From assembly GCA_015522195.1 (NCBI GenBank), contig WAMS01000042.1, positions 1 to 46,605 of the forward strand: DNA of 46,605 nucleotides, in the 5' to 3' direction. The notes under the pieces are model-generated. The model saw nothing but the letters and a program-made list of their open reading frames with translations. It was not told where the DNA came from and searched no databases. Both the position numbers and the translations under genes were made by a program. Origin of the DNA: Geoglobus sp. Its GTDB lineage: Archaea > Halobacteriota > Archaeoglobi > Archaeoglobales > Archaeoglobaceae. This document shows, piece by piece, positions 1-9,791 of the stretch (positions are counted from its first letter, which is position 1; each line of letters begins with the position of its first letter).

Positions 1-174
1 TCTGAGCGCCCTGCTTTCTCCACCTGAAGTAGTGTTTCTGTTTGAGCTGAGAGAGTTCACTATGAAGTAAATCACCGCCACTATGATCACAAGCCACACT
101 ATCTGCCAGATGAAGCCAAGACCGTAGCCCATTCCTCCAAAGCCGTAGCCCATCATTCCTCCATATCCCATCAT
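1..174 (-). CDS. Met/Gly-rich small membrane protein, probable SHOCT-domain family (3' end outside window)
   Basis: Not in the ORF track. Reverse complement from 174 reads MMGYGGMMGYGFGGMGYGLGFIWQIVVWLVIIVAVIYFIVNSLSSNRNTTSGGESRALR, open to the window edge, with a GAGGTGA RBS just upstream. MG-rich leader + TM + 'ALR..' resembles SHOCT proteins. Confidence 0.75.
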   Translation of the reverse strand, partial: MMGYGGMMGYGFGGMGYGLGFIWQIVWLVIIVAVIYFIVNSLSSNRNTTSGGESRALR

Positions 175-226
175 CTCACATCACCTCTGATTGAAACTTG
201 ACCTCAGGGGCAATAGCTGTAAGGGA

Positions 227-249
227 TGAAAATGAAGGTGAAAATGAGG
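227..249. promoter_or_regulatory. Tandem direct repeat TGAAAATGA(A)GG x2, candidate operator
   Basis: TGAAAATGAAGG (227-238) and TGAAAATGAGG (239-249) lie in the divergent intergenic region. An inverted repeat TTCAGA-N4-TCTGAA is at 280-295. Function is inferred. Confidence 0.35.
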
Positions 250-375
250 TGGAGAAGCTTCATAACAGTTTATAAAAGTTTCAGATCATTCTGAATTTAA
301 GACATGGTTCTGTGGTTTTGGGCAGGGTACTAAAAAGAGAGCAACATTTAACTTTCCATTTTTTAAATAATTCAT

Positions 376-888
376 ATGAAGAGCACATACCTGATGGCAG
401 CAATCACCGGGTTGATTATAATAGCCTACTCATTCACACTCTCAACATCTCAAGTTTATCAGGATCGGTGTTCGATGATGCCATCTTCACCGTATTCATC
501 TGTCTACACCTTCCTTCCTGCACTTTTAATGATTGCTGGTGTTGCTCTGATACTTGCCCCAGTTGCAATTTCTGTTAAAGTGGGTCAAAGAAATATCCCG
601 GAAGAAGAGTCACCGAACAGGCCTCAGATGCAGGTCAATCATGAGTCTGATCGGAAATTGGAAAAACTGTCAGTTGTGGAGAAACTTCTTGAAGAGGATG
701 AAAAGAGAGTGATGAAAATAATAGCCGACAATGAAGGAGTAACCCAGGACAGCATTCATTTCAAAACCGGTTTTTCTGCCTCAAAAGTTTCACTGATAAT
801 AAAAAAACTTGAGGAAAAGGATCTGATATACCGTGAGAGATTTGGAAGGACCTTCAGAATATATCTCAGTGAATGGATCAAAAGATAA
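376..888 (+). CDS. Membrane-anchored winged-helix transcriptional regulator (COG2512-like)
   Basis: Two N-terminal hydrophobic helices, then LEEDEKRVMKII..GVTQDSI...TGFSASKVSLIIKKLEEKDLIYRERFGRTFRI (MarR-type wHTH). Confidence 0.8.
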   Translation: MKSTYLMAAITGLIIIAYSFTLSTSQVYQDRCSMMPSSPYSSVYTFLPALLMIAGVALILAPVAISVKVGQRNIPEEESPNRPQMQVNHESDRKLEKLSVVEKLLEEDEKRVMKIIADNEGVTQDSIHFKTGFSASKVSLIIKKLEEKDLIYRERFGRTFRIYLSEWIKR

Positions 889-917
889 TTGGAGAGATGT
901 AATCTATACCTTTTCAA

Positions 918-2177
918 TTACCTGCCTCTCAATCTCTCAAGGACGTCCTTTGCCACATCCATCCTTATTTTTCCCATTCTGAGTAGTTCTTCAGCCACCC
1001 TGTCCACTTCATCTCCTGTTGCCCCCGCCATTATTGCAATGTTTCTTGCGTGGAGCTCCATGTGGCCCCGCTGAATCCCTTCTGTTGCCAGCGCTCTCAG
1101 AGCTGCAAAGTTCTGAGCCAAACCAACAGCAGCCATAATCCTTGCAAGCTCATCCGCCGTCTTTATGCCCAGAATTTTTAAGCTCAGCTTTGCAAGCGGA
1201 TTAACCTTCGTTGCCCCGCCAATCGTCCCGACAGCGATCGGGAGCTCGATGGTTCCGATCAGATTTCCATTTTCATCCACCTCGTATGCTGTCAGTGGCT
1301 TGTAACCTCGAAGAGCTGCATAGCTGTGAGCTCCAGCCTCAACAGCTCTGAAATCGTTTCCAGTTGCGATGACGACAGCAGAAATTCCGTTCATTATTCC
1401 CTTATTGTGGGTCGCACATCTGAAGGGGTCTGCTTCGGCAAAGGCGTAGGCGTTCATTATACCCTCGACAACATCCTCTCCTCCAATGGCTTCTTTTTTG
1501 AAAACGGCCTTTGCCCTTGCTATCCTGTACACTGCCAGATTTGAGATAATTCTCAGGTAAACTCTGCCTCCTGTGATTTTCTCGATCATCGGTGCGACAG
1601 CTTCAGCCATGGTGTTCACAGCATTTGCGCCCATTGCATCCTTCACATCCACAATCAGGTGAACGATAAGCATCTTTCCCCTGATTGAGTCAATGACCCT
1701 CGCCTCCACATCTCTGCACCCACCGCCAAGATCGACGAGAATTGGATCCTGCTCATTGGCTTTCTCGATTATTTCATTTCTATGCCTGAGAATCTCAAAT
1801 TTTGCAGATTGAGGATCATTCAGTCCAGCAACCTGAATCTGACCTATCATTATATTGCCGGAATAATCTGTTACAAAACCACCACCCTCTCTCGCCATCT
1901 TTGCAGCGTTGCTTGCGGCAGCCACAACACTCGCCTCCTCAATAGCCATCGGAATCAGATAGTCCTTCCCATCTATGAGAAAGTTTGTTGCGATGCCGAG
2001 AGGTAATTCGAATGTACCTACGACGTTTTCGATCATCCTGTCGGCTATATCAAGTGATAATCCCCTGTTGATCAAGAGTTTTTTATCCTCTTCATTCAAA
2101 CCTGCGAATTCGGCAACTTTCTCAAGCCTCTGCTGAACGCTCATTCTGTAAAAGCCGGGTATCCTTGATGACGGCAT
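918..2177 (-). CDS. mvaA: HMG-CoA reductase, class II
   Basis: ENVVG, EEASVVAA, DAMGAN, THNKGIMNG and GHMELH motifs; 419 aa. Confidence 0.97.
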   Translation of the reverse strand: MPSSRIPGFYRMSVQQRLEKVAEFAGLNEEDKKLLINRGLSLDIADRMIENVVGTFELPLGIATNFLIDGKDYLIPMAIEEASVVAAASNAAKMAREGGGFVTDYSGNIMIGQIQVAGLNDPQSAKFEILRHRNEIIEKANEQDPILVDLGGGCRDVEARVIDSIRGKMLIVHLIVDVKDAMGANAVNTMAEAVAPMIEKITGGRVYLRIISNLAVYRIARAKAVFKKEAIGGEDVVEGIMNAYAFAEADPFRCATHNKGIMNGISAVVIATGNDFRAVEAGAHSYAALRGYKPLTAYEVDENGNLIGTIELPIAVGTIGGATKVNPLAKLSLKILGIKTADELARIMAAVGLAQNFAALRALATEGIQRGHMELHARNIAIMAGATGDEVDRVAEELLRMGKIRMDVAKDVLERLRGR

Positions 2178-2194
2178 GGCAGATAGTGGACAAC

Positions 2195-2212
2195 AAAATT
2201 ATTATAAATTTT
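2195..2212. promoter_or_regulatory. Shared bidirectional TATA element between mvaA and the ubiD-like gene
   Basis: AAAATTATTATAAATTTT is centred in a 49-bp gap, ~25 bp from both start codons (2177 and 2227). Confidence 0.55.
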
Positions 2213-2226
2213 CCCTGAATAACTCC

Positions 2227-3453
2227 ATGAACTTCAGAAATGCCATGAAGAAAGCAGATTACAGAATTTTTCGGGAAGAAATTGCCCACGATGATGTTGT
2301 AAGATTCATATCGGAAAATCGCATAGAAAGAATTCCGGCAGTTCTGAATGTAGAGGGCAAGAGGGTAGCAACAAACTTCATTTCCACGAGAGAACTGCTG
2401 TGTAAATATCTTGGCATCTCTGTTGACAATCTTGCGAAGTTTCTTGCAGATGTCAATAAAACTGGAAGCATCGAGGAGATCAAATCAGATTACATCGAGC
2501 TCCCCAACCTGAAAGAGCTGCCTGTTCCAAAGTACTTTGAGGGGGACGCCGGCAGGTACATAACAGCAGGAATTATCGTTACTGGAACAGGTAACGATCA
2601 CAGAAGTTACAATGCAAGCTTTCACAGACTGCTCGTTCTCGACAATCGAAGAATGGCTGCGAGGCTCGTCCCTCCAAGACACACATATCTGAGATGGAAA
2701 AATGCAATTGAAAAAGGGGAGGATCTGGAAATTGCCATATCAATAGCTCCCCACCCCATTTTCATGTTTGCATCAGCAACGAAGGTTGGGGATGGGGAGG
2801 AGTATGGCTACGCTGCTTCACTCATGGGAAGGCTTGAGGTTGCCGATGTTGATGGAATAATGGTCCCCGACTCTGAGGTGGTGATCAGAGGCAGAATCAC
2901 CGAAAAAATGGTCAAAGAAGGACCGTTCATTGACATAACCGGCACCTATGACAGGGTGAGGGAGGCACCTGTCATAGAGGTTGATGCCATCTATGCCAAG
3001 GAAGACTTTTACTTTTACTCCATAACCCCTGCAGGTTACGAGCACCAGATTCTGATGGGGATCCCCCATGAACCCGAGATTTACAGGGCAGTTTCAAGAG
3101 TATGCAGGGTTAAAAATGTTGTAATGACTGCTGGAGGAAGACATTATCTTCATGCGGTGGTTCAGATTGAAAAGATAACAGATGGAGACGGAAAGAACGC
3201 AATTCTTGCAGCATTTTCAGCCCACCCCAGTCTGAAGCATGTGATTGTTGTTGACTGTGATATAGACATCTACAGCACCGAAGATGTTGAGTATGCAATT
3301 GCCACAAGATTTCAGGCCGATCGTGATCTGCTGCTGATAACAAACATCAGGGGAAGCAGCCTTGATCCCTCAGCAAGAGACAACATAACCGCAAAGCTCG
3401 GTATTGATGCTACCTTCAAGGGAGACAGAGAAAAATACAGAAGAATTTACTGA
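2227..3453 (+). CDS. UbiD-family prFMN decarboxylase, probable anhydromevalonate phosphate decarboxylase
   Basis: YNASFHR, EGPFIDITGTYD, HPSLKHVIVVD, IATRFQAD and GSSLDPS motifs. Start moved to ATG 2227 because the track start (2176) overlaps the mvaA start. Confidence 0.88.
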   Translation: MNFRNAMKKADYRIFREEIAHDDVVRFISENRIERIPAVLNVEGKRVATNFISTRELLCKYLGISVDNLAKFLADVNKTGSIEEIKSDYIELPNLKELPVPKYFEGDAGRYITAGIIVTGTGNDHRSYNASFHRLLVLDNRRMAARLVPPRHTYLRWKNAIEKGEDLEIAISIAPHPIFMFASATKVGDGEEYGYAASLMGRLEVADVDGIMVPDSEVVIRGRITEKMVKEGPFIDITGTYDRVREAPVIEVDAIYAKEDFYFYSITPAGYEHQILMGIPHEPEIYRAVSRVCRVKNVVMTAGGRHYLHAVVQIEKITDGDGKNAILAAFSAHPSLKHVIVVDCDIDIYSTEDVEYAIATRFQADRDLLLITNIRGSSLDPSARDNITAKLGIDATFKGDREKYRRIY

Positions 3454-3459
3454 AAATTG

Positions 3460-4014
3460 CTACCATCTGTTCAGACTTTCAATTACGGCTTTTTTCACAG
3501 CATCCCAAATTTTTTCTCCAAGCTGGCTTGCAGGTCCTGCATATTCGTACCACTTCCCTTCTGTTCTGGCAACAATTACCGCATCTGTGTTTGTTCCCGT
3601 AAAATTGTGGCCCAGCTCAAGCAGAGCTGCCGTCTTCGCTTCAGTTGCCGTTATTACTGCATTTATCATCGCGCCATCCGACGGAAGTGCATCCACGATC
3701 AGGATTATGTTTATCGTTCCTATGGGCCTGTTCGGGTTCCTAACCCCTGCAGTTACGAAGGCAGTGACCTCGTCTTTTTTTACTACTGCAAGTTTTTCCA
3801 TTGGGACCGAGGTTAGAAGACCGAAATAGCTGTCCATTGAAAATGTCTCTGCAATTGATCTCAGGTATCCGATTGGATCAAGCATGTCAAAGTTTTCCGG
3901 CACTGTATGATTGAATATCCACTTGACATCTCTCCACCCGCCCAAGAGACCTGAACTCAGGGCATTGAAATTTCCCTCTATGATCAGAGTTTCATTCTGA
4001 ATTCTGTATCTCAT
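3460..4014 (-). CDS. cbiZ: Adenosylcobinamide amidohydrolase
   Basis: LSSG..GG, FNHTV, TAGV.N, GTINI, TATEAK and TGTNTD motifs; downstream of a corrinoid-type ABC transporter. Confidence 0.9.
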   Translation of the reverse strand: MRYRIQNETLIIEGNFNALSSGLLGGWRDVKWIFNHTVPENFDMLDPIGYLRSIAETFSMDSYFGLLTSVPMEKLAVVKKDEVTAFVTAGVRNPNRPIGTINIILIVDALPSDGAMINAVITATEAKTAALLELGHNFTGTNTDAVIVARTEGKWYEYAGPASQLGEKIWDAVKKAVIESLNRW

Positions 4015-4772
4015 TCTATCCCAACCGGTACAACAAAGATCCTGCCATTATCTTTCAGTATTTCGGCTTTAACACCAAAAACATCTCGAATGGTTTCCTG
4101 GCTTATGATCTCCCCGGGTTTTCCTGCATGGATTATTTTTCCATTTTTTACCATGAGAACTCTGTCACAGAAATTCAGAGCGAGATTTATATCGTGCATT
4201 GCAACAAGAGCAGCCTTGCCCCTTTCTGTGATCCTTTTTATCATTTCAAGAACCTCGATCTGGCTCTTTATATCCAGATGTGCTGTTGGCTCATCAAGGA
4301 GCATGAAATCTGTTTCCTGACAGAAAATTCTGGCAAGCATGACCTTCTGCTTTTCTCCACCACTGAGTTCAGAGAACTTTCTTTCGGCAAATTCTTCCAT
4401 TCCAACAAGTTTTAGCGCCTCCCACGCAATTCTGTAGTCTTCCTTTTCAGGATTTATTGAAATGTACGGTGTTCTACCAAGCAGAACGACATCAGCAACA
4501 CTGAGGTTTGTCTCGGAATGCTCCTGAGGCAGATAGCCCATGATTTTTGCAGCATCCTCAACATCTGTGGAATTCAGCACATCACCATTCAGATATATGA
4601 CACCTCTTACAGGTTTGAGAATTCCAAAAATCGTTCTCAGAATTGTGGACTTTCCGCTTCCGTTAGGACCGAGCAGGGCAACAATCTCTCCTTTTCTGAC
4701 TTCAAGGGTAACTCCCTTCAGAATTCTTCTGCTGTTAAGCTCAACCTCAACATCCTCAACCCTGAGCCTCAT
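4011..4772 (-). CDS. Cobalamin/Fe-siderophore ABC transporter ATP-binding protein (BtuD/FecE-like)
   Basis: GPNGSGKS, LSGGEKQ, LLDEPTAHLD, MHDINLA; likely start ATG 4772. Confidence 0.92.
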   Translation of the reverse strand: MRLRVEDVEVELNSRRILKGVTLEVRKGEIVALLGPNGSGKSTILRTIFGILKPVRGVIYLNGDVLNSTDVEDAAKIMGYLPQEHSETNLSVADVVLLGRTPYISINPEKEDYRIAWEALKLVGMEEFAERKFSELSGGEKQKVMLARIFCQETDFMLLDEPTAHLDIKSQIEVLEMIKRITERGKAALVAMHDINLALNFCDRVLMVKNGKIIHAGKPGEIISQETIRDVFGVKAEILKDNGRIFVVPVGIE

Positions 4773-5736
4773 ACCTCTTCCTCCGCAGAAGGTAGATGAA
4801 GAAGGGTGCCCCAAGCAGGGATGTGATTATGCCAACAGGTATCTCACCCGGAGCAGAAACTCTCGCAACAACATCAACCGCAGGCATGAATGCTGCTGAA
4901 AGGAGGATCGATGCCGGAATCAGAATTCTGTTATCTTCCCCAAACACAAGTCTGGCTGTATGAGGGATTATTATACCAACAAAACCTATCACACCACTCA
5001 CAGAAACTGCACCCGCTGTTAAAAAGGCTGTTGTGGAGATAATAACCCTTCTGAGCTTTTTAACATCAACCCCAACACTCATGGCATGCTCATCTCCAAG
5101 AAGAATGGCATTGAGTTTCCAGGAATTGAAAATCATAACAGCCGTGCCCATTACTGCTGTTACAAGCACAACCTTCACCTTTGTCCAGTTGGCTGTCCAG
5201 AAGCCGCCCATGATCCAGAAAAGTACCTGACGAAGACTTTCTCCAGAAATATATATCAGAAAAGAAGTAACTCCTGAAAGAAAGGTTGCCATCGCTATTC
5301 CTGCAAGAAGAAGAAAATATGTTGATTTCTTTCCGAGGGAATACACGGCATAAACAGCCATTAGGGATGAGATGAAGGCTGCGGCAATTATCTCAGGAGA
5401 CGTTCCATGGCCTGTGAGTATTGCCACAGCCGCACCAACACTTGCACCGCTTGAAACACCCAGTATGTATGGATCGGCAAGGGGATTTCTGAAAAGAGAC
5501 TGCATTGCACATCCTGAAGATGAGAGGGATACGCCAACAAGGGTGGCGAGAATTGTTCTTCTGAGCCGGTAGTCAAATATGCTCTCTATGTTGGTGCCAT
5601 AATCTCCACTCAGAATTTTCATCAATTCCCACAGACCAACGTCTGAAGAGCCAATGCTCACGCTGAGTACGAACGAGACGATACCACCAATTCCCAGCAT
5701 CAGGAACATCGGTCTTTTACTCAGCATACAATCCAT
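4756..5736 (-). CDS. Cobalamin/Fe-siderophore ABC transporter permease (BtuC/FecCD)
   Basis: [48 protein letters not shown]; start at 5736 or 5727. Confidence 0.93.
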   Translation of the reverse strand: MDCMLSKRPMFLMLGIGGIVSFVLSVSIGSSDVGLWELMKILSGDYGTNIESIFDYRLRRTILATLVGVSLSSSGCAMQSLFRNPLADPYILGVSSGASVGAAVAILTGHGTSPEIIAAAFISSLMAVYAVYSLGKKSTYFLLLAGIAMATFLSGVTSFLIYISGESLRQVLFWIMGGFWTANWTKVKVVLVTAVMGTAVMIFNSWKLNAILLGDEHAMSVGVDVKKLRRVIISTTAFLTAGAVSVSGVIGFVGIIIPHTARLVFGEDNRILIPASILLSAAFMPAVDVVARVSAPGEIPVGIITSLLGAPFFIYLLRRKRYEAQG

Positions 5737-5804
5737 CAAGTGGTTTTTACTGAAAATAAAGACCAATTGATTTATAAATTTGAGGGTGAAGAGCTGGAAA
5801 GGGC

Positions 5805-7238
5805 CTATCTTTTTACAGCAGGCAAACTCCTGAGCCATCCAATGTCTGGCAGATACAGCCTCCTGAGATCTTTCATACCGAGCCTGAGCATTGCGAGTCT
5901 TCCTATGCCAAGGCCCCAGGCAAGAACCTTACCTTTAATCCCGAGAGGCTCTGTCACTTCCTTTCTGAAAATTCCCGCCCCTCCAAGCTCAACCCATCCC
6001 AGACCTTCAACGAAGACCTCCGGTTCAACGCTTGGCTCCGTGTATGGAAAATAGCCTGGTCTGAATCTTACATCCTCAAAACCCATCTTGTAGAAAAATT
6101 CCTTCAGCAAGCCAAGCAGATCCGCAAATCCAACATCCCTGTCAAGGACAACTCCCTCAAGCTGATCAAATTCAGGCAAGTGTGTGGCATCAATGCTCTC
6201 CCTCCTGTAAACCCTGTCTATGCAGAAAGCCTTCACAGGGGGTTCGGGATTCAGAGCCAGGTAATGGATGGTTATCGCTGTTGTATGGGTTCTCAAAACA
6301 AGTTGTTTGGCTTTTTCCAGGCTCCAGCTTCCGCCCCAGCCCTTTGAGCCAGTTTTCCATCCATTTTCATGAGTAAGCTTCACCTTCTCAACGATTTCCC
6401 CTTCCAAATCAACGTACCTGTCAAGGTAAAAGGTGTCCTGCATGTCTCTTGCGGGGTGATCCTGAGGCTGGAAAAGAGCATCGAAATTCCAGAAGGCTGG
6501 CTGAACGTAATGTCCCTTTATTTCAGTGAATCCCATCTCCAGAAATATTTTTCTGCATTCCCTGATTATTCTCTCATAGGGATGGACTTTTGCAGCGAAA
6601 ACCTCCTTCGAGGGTATTGTTACATCGTATTCAAGAAAATCTCTATCTCTCCACCCTCCTGAAATCAGAAGCTCTGGTGTTATATCTGCCACCTTCTCTC
6701 CGAGCTCAACATCGGGTTTTGAAATAACCGTGAATTTTATCTCCTTCAGAGTCTCCTCTCTGATCAGTTTTCTCTTTTTTAGCTCATTTACCATTTTTTC
6801 ATCTATTTCAGCTGTTCTTGTGGAGTATATCTTGGCAAGAGCATTTTTTTCCGGAAAATCGACAGATTTAATGAGTCTCACAACACCATTTTCTATCTCT
6901 ATCGCACCCTTTTTTCTGAGATTTCCAAGTGCGATTCCAACTGCATCCTTTCCAAATTTCTCCTCAAGTTCTTTTATGCTTTTCTCACCTTCTTTAAGCA
7001 CTTCAAGAACGTTTTCTTCCGGAAGATTTTCTGTGAGATACTTGACCCCCTCATCGGTAAGCTCAAACTCCTTCCAGACATTTTCCTTCACTTTAACCAG
7101 TCCCTTCTCCTCAAGAAGGTAAATGGCTTTCAGAACAGCATCCTTCTTCATTCCAGATATCTCAGATGCCAGTTCCACGGTGTACTCCTTTCCCACCTCA
7201 AGTGACTTGAGGAGCTTTATCTCAAAGGGTGAAAGCAT
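5805..7238 (-). CDS. pheS: Phenylalanyl-tRNA synthetase alpha subunit
   Basis: FWNFDALFQPQDHPAR, LRTHTT, YFPYTEPS, WGLGIGRLAM; archaeal N-terminal extension. Confidence 0.98.
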   Translation of the reverse strand: MLSPFEIKLLKSLEVGKEYTVELASEISGMKKDAVLKAIYLLEEKGLVKVKENVWKEFELTDEGVKYLTENLPEENVLEVLKEGEKSIKELEEKFGKDAVGIALGNLRKKGAIEIENGVVRLIKSVDFPEKNALAKIYSTRTAEIDEKMVNELKKRKLIREETLKEIKFTVISKPDVELGEKVADITPELLISGGWRDRDFLEYDVTIPSKEVFAAKVHPYERIIRECRKIFLEMGFTEIKGHYVQPAFWNFDALFQPQDHPARDMQDTFYLDRYVDLEGEIVEKVKLTHENGWKTGSKGWGGSWSLEKAKQLVLRTHTTAITIHYLALNPEPPVKAFCIDRVYRRESIDATHLPEFDQLEGVVLDRDVGFADLLGLLKEFFYKMGFEDVRFRPGYFPYTEPSVEPEVFVEGLGWVELGGAGIFRKEVTEPLGIKGKVLAWGLGIGRLAMLRLGMKDLRRLYLPDIGWLRSLPAVKR

Positions 7239-7287
7239 GGAGAGAACTGAAACAAATTCGGTTAAATAACTTTTCCAAAACTGATTT

Positions 7288-7914
7288 TCAGAACAGTAAA
7301 TTCACGATCCAGAGTATGAAGTCCGAGATGGTTTTGAATGTTATCTCCTTTTTTTCCGGAACAGGAGTTGGGGCAGGGGTGGCTTTCAGGATCTCGGTCT
7401 TTTTTATTTCCGGCAGGTAGTCCTTCATGTTGTCAGAATGGCAGTCAAAGCAGATACTGTCGAGAATTCTGCTGTGAACATTGTGTGGATTTGAGTCGTG
7501 GCAGTCTGTACACAGATTCTTGTCAGGCTTCGAAATCGTGCCCTCGTCACCGTGGCACAGACTGCAATCCTTGTCTTTGTGAGGTACGTGGACATTTAAA
7601 CCCAGATTTTTGCTGTTGTACTGGCTTCCAACATGGCATTTTATACACACATCCACATCATGGATTTCTGAAAGCTGTTCTGGGCTGTTAAGGTTTAGAT
7701 CTGGGTTGTGGCACGGTGTGCATGAAAGAAATCTCTCAAGTTCCTTGCCGGAAAGGGTGTTGATGTGACATGGCATGCATATTCTTGCCTTGTGCCACTC
7801 TGATAAAATGCCCCTGTATTTTTCATAAAGGGGATTATCTGGATTTTCACCACTGGATAATGAAACGGAAATCATGATGAGGAGGAATGCAAAGCCCAAT
7901 ACTCTGACTTTCAC
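7288..7914 (-). CDS. Secreted hexaheme c-type cytochrome with C-terminal hydrophobic tail
   Basis: Signal peptide; six CxxCH (CMPCH, CTPCH, CIKCH, CSLCH, CTDCH, CFDCH); Pro/Thr linker then ISDFILWIVNLLF. Confidence 0.9.
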   Translation of the reverse strand: MKVRVLGFAFLLIMISVSLSSGENPDNPLYEKYRGILSEWHKARICMPCHINTLSGKELERFLSCTPCHNPDLNLNSPEQLSEIHDVDVCIKCHVGSQYNSKNLGLNVHVPHKDKDCSLCHGDEGTISKPDKNLCTDCHDSNPHNVHSRILDSICFDCHSDNMKDYLPEIKKTEILKATPAPTPVPEKKEITFKTISDFILWIVNLLF

Positions 7915-7967
7915 ATATTCGACATAACTGGTAAATTATTTATTTCTTTTGTTCAGTAACTGTAACT

Positions 7968-9791
7968 GTGAGGGGAATAATTTGTTTGCTGACAGCACTT
8001 TTCTTTTTTCAAATGATAACCTCAGCATCTGCAATCGAAAATGTTGCAGTTTTTCTGGTGGACTATGTTGATGATTACGGGAAGTTTATTCCCAGCAATG
8101 CCACCTACCAGCTTGGAGACACGGTAAAGGTTTATTCTCAGGCAGAGAAGATAAACCATAACAGAGCCTATGCGGTGGATTTCGTTTTTGTGATATACGA
8201 TCCTGAAGATTATCCTGTGGCAGGAACGGTCATCTCTAAGAAAGGTGCAGACTGGACAGACAGGGTTTATGCAGTTTACCAGTTCAGGATTCCAGATGGA
8301 TGGAAAACAGGAGAATACAGGATAGAGCTGTATGTTTTTGACGTTCTCAACAGTTCAGCAACCTACGAAGACTACAGATCCTTTTTTGATGAGCTTATAA
8401 AAAGCGGAGATGCAAAGATCGATGTCCTGAGACTCCCGAGGAGTGAGGTGGATTACAAAAAAAAGGATACCAAATTCTATGTTGTCGATGATGTGAGACC
8501 AGAAATATACCTCTTTGATTCGGGATTGAAGGCTTCTGTACTTCCGGAAGGTATGAACAACACACTTCAGGTCAGTGTATTCAACGCCGGAAACGAAAAG
8601 GCTGATTTTTATCTCAGCCTTCTCATTGATGGAGAATTTTTTTCCAAGGAAAGAGTGGTTCTTGAGCCCTACAGCTCAACAAGAATTGAATTTTCAGTTC
8701 CACAGCTTGAAGTCGGAGACCATAAACTTGAGCTCATTCCAGACTGGGTAAATTACCGAAAGGTTTCAACACTGCCCGTTTATGTAAAACCGTATCTGTT
8801 TAAAAAACCACTGCTGATGGGGTCTTTCGGAAAAGGTATCCTGATCTTATCTCCAAACAACTACGTTCTCGGAAGTGGAGGGGTAAGTGGACTTGATGAA
8901 AAAGACCCCAAATTTGACTTTGAAAGAAAGTACGACATGAACCGGGATAACGCAGCAAAAATACTCACCAACATAATTGCCTATTTCTGGAAAAATGGAA
9001 ACAACAGCAAGCCCATGAGAATTGGACTTTACTATATGAGTGATCCAAGGGCAGATGAAACTCTCGGAAATCTGATAGAATACATCAAAAATCTCAACCA
9101 GGCTCCGGTTGAATATGCAGGAGCAATTTCGGATTATGAGCTGAACAGTGTTGACATCTTGGTTTATGTTACAAACAACCCAGAGCTGGAAAGACTTCAG
9201 GAATACCTGAAAAACGGAGGCAAACTGGTCATAGATATAAATGATTATTACTTTGACACAGGCCCAATTGCAGAAGGATACAGCATGAGAAATGCAACAG
9301 AGCTGGAAAAGACCTTTTATGATCTGACAACAATAGATAAAACAGTATCCATACGGATAAAGACGGAGCTTAAGCTCCCGCCTGAACTGAAGTACTCAAA
9401 CCTGAGTGTCAGCGATTTTATAGTTGAGGTTGGCAATCCTGTAAAAATTTCATTTGATGTAAAAAATGAGGGCGGAGCGGGAATTGCAGATGTATTTGTG
9501 AGAATTAATGACGTGATTGTTTACAACCAGACTCTCAAAATATTTCAGGGAGAAAAAAGACAGGTGGAATTTGAGTATGTCCCAGAGAAGGAAGGATCAT
9601 ACAAGGTAGTGCTTGATGACACATCTATTTCCAAAGTATTCTTTGCCAGAAATGTTACAGAAGAGAAGAATGTGACTGAAACTCCAGCACCGTCAGTGGA
9701 GGAACCTGAAAAACGGGATCCTACACTGATAACAGCACTGGCAGGAGTGCTTGCGGTTTTGATAATTCTAAGAATGTACTTGAGAAGATGA
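7968..9791 (+). CDS. Cell-surface glycoprotein with CARDB/Ig-like domains and C-terminal TM anchor
   Basis: Signal peptide; two CARDB-like segments (VSVFNAGNEKA..., SFDVKNEGGAG...GSYKVVL); many NxS/T sequons; TM followed by RMYLRR. Confidence 0.75.
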   Translation: MRGIICLLTALFFFQMITSASAIENVAVFLVDYVDDYGKFIPSNATYQLGDTVKVYSQAEKINHNRAYAVDFVFVIYDPEDYPVAGTVISKKGADWTDRVYAVYQFRIPDGWKTGEYRIELYVFDVLNSSATYEDYRSFFDELIKSGDAKIDVLRLPRSEVDYKKKDTKFYVVDDVRPEIYLFDSGLKASVLPEGMNNTLQVSVFNAGNEKADFYLSLLIDGEFFSKERVVLEPYSSTRIEFSVPQLEVGDHKLELIPDWVNYRKVSTLPVYVKPYLFKKPLLMGSFGKGILILSPNNYVLGSGGVSGLDEKDPKFDFERKYDMNRDNAAKILTNIIAYFWKNGNNSKPMRIGLYYMSDPRADETLGNLIEYIKNLNQAPVEYAGAISDYELNSVDILVYVTNNPELERLQEYLKNGGKLVIDINDYYFDTGPIAEGYSMRNATELEKTFYDLTTIDKTVSIRIKTELKLPPELKYSNLSVSDFIVEVGNPVKISFDVKNEGGAGIADVFVRINDVIVYNQTLKIFQGEKRQVEFEYVPEKEGSYKVVLDDTSISKVFFARNVTEEKNVTETPAPSVEEPEKRDPTLITALAGVLAVLIILRMYLRR

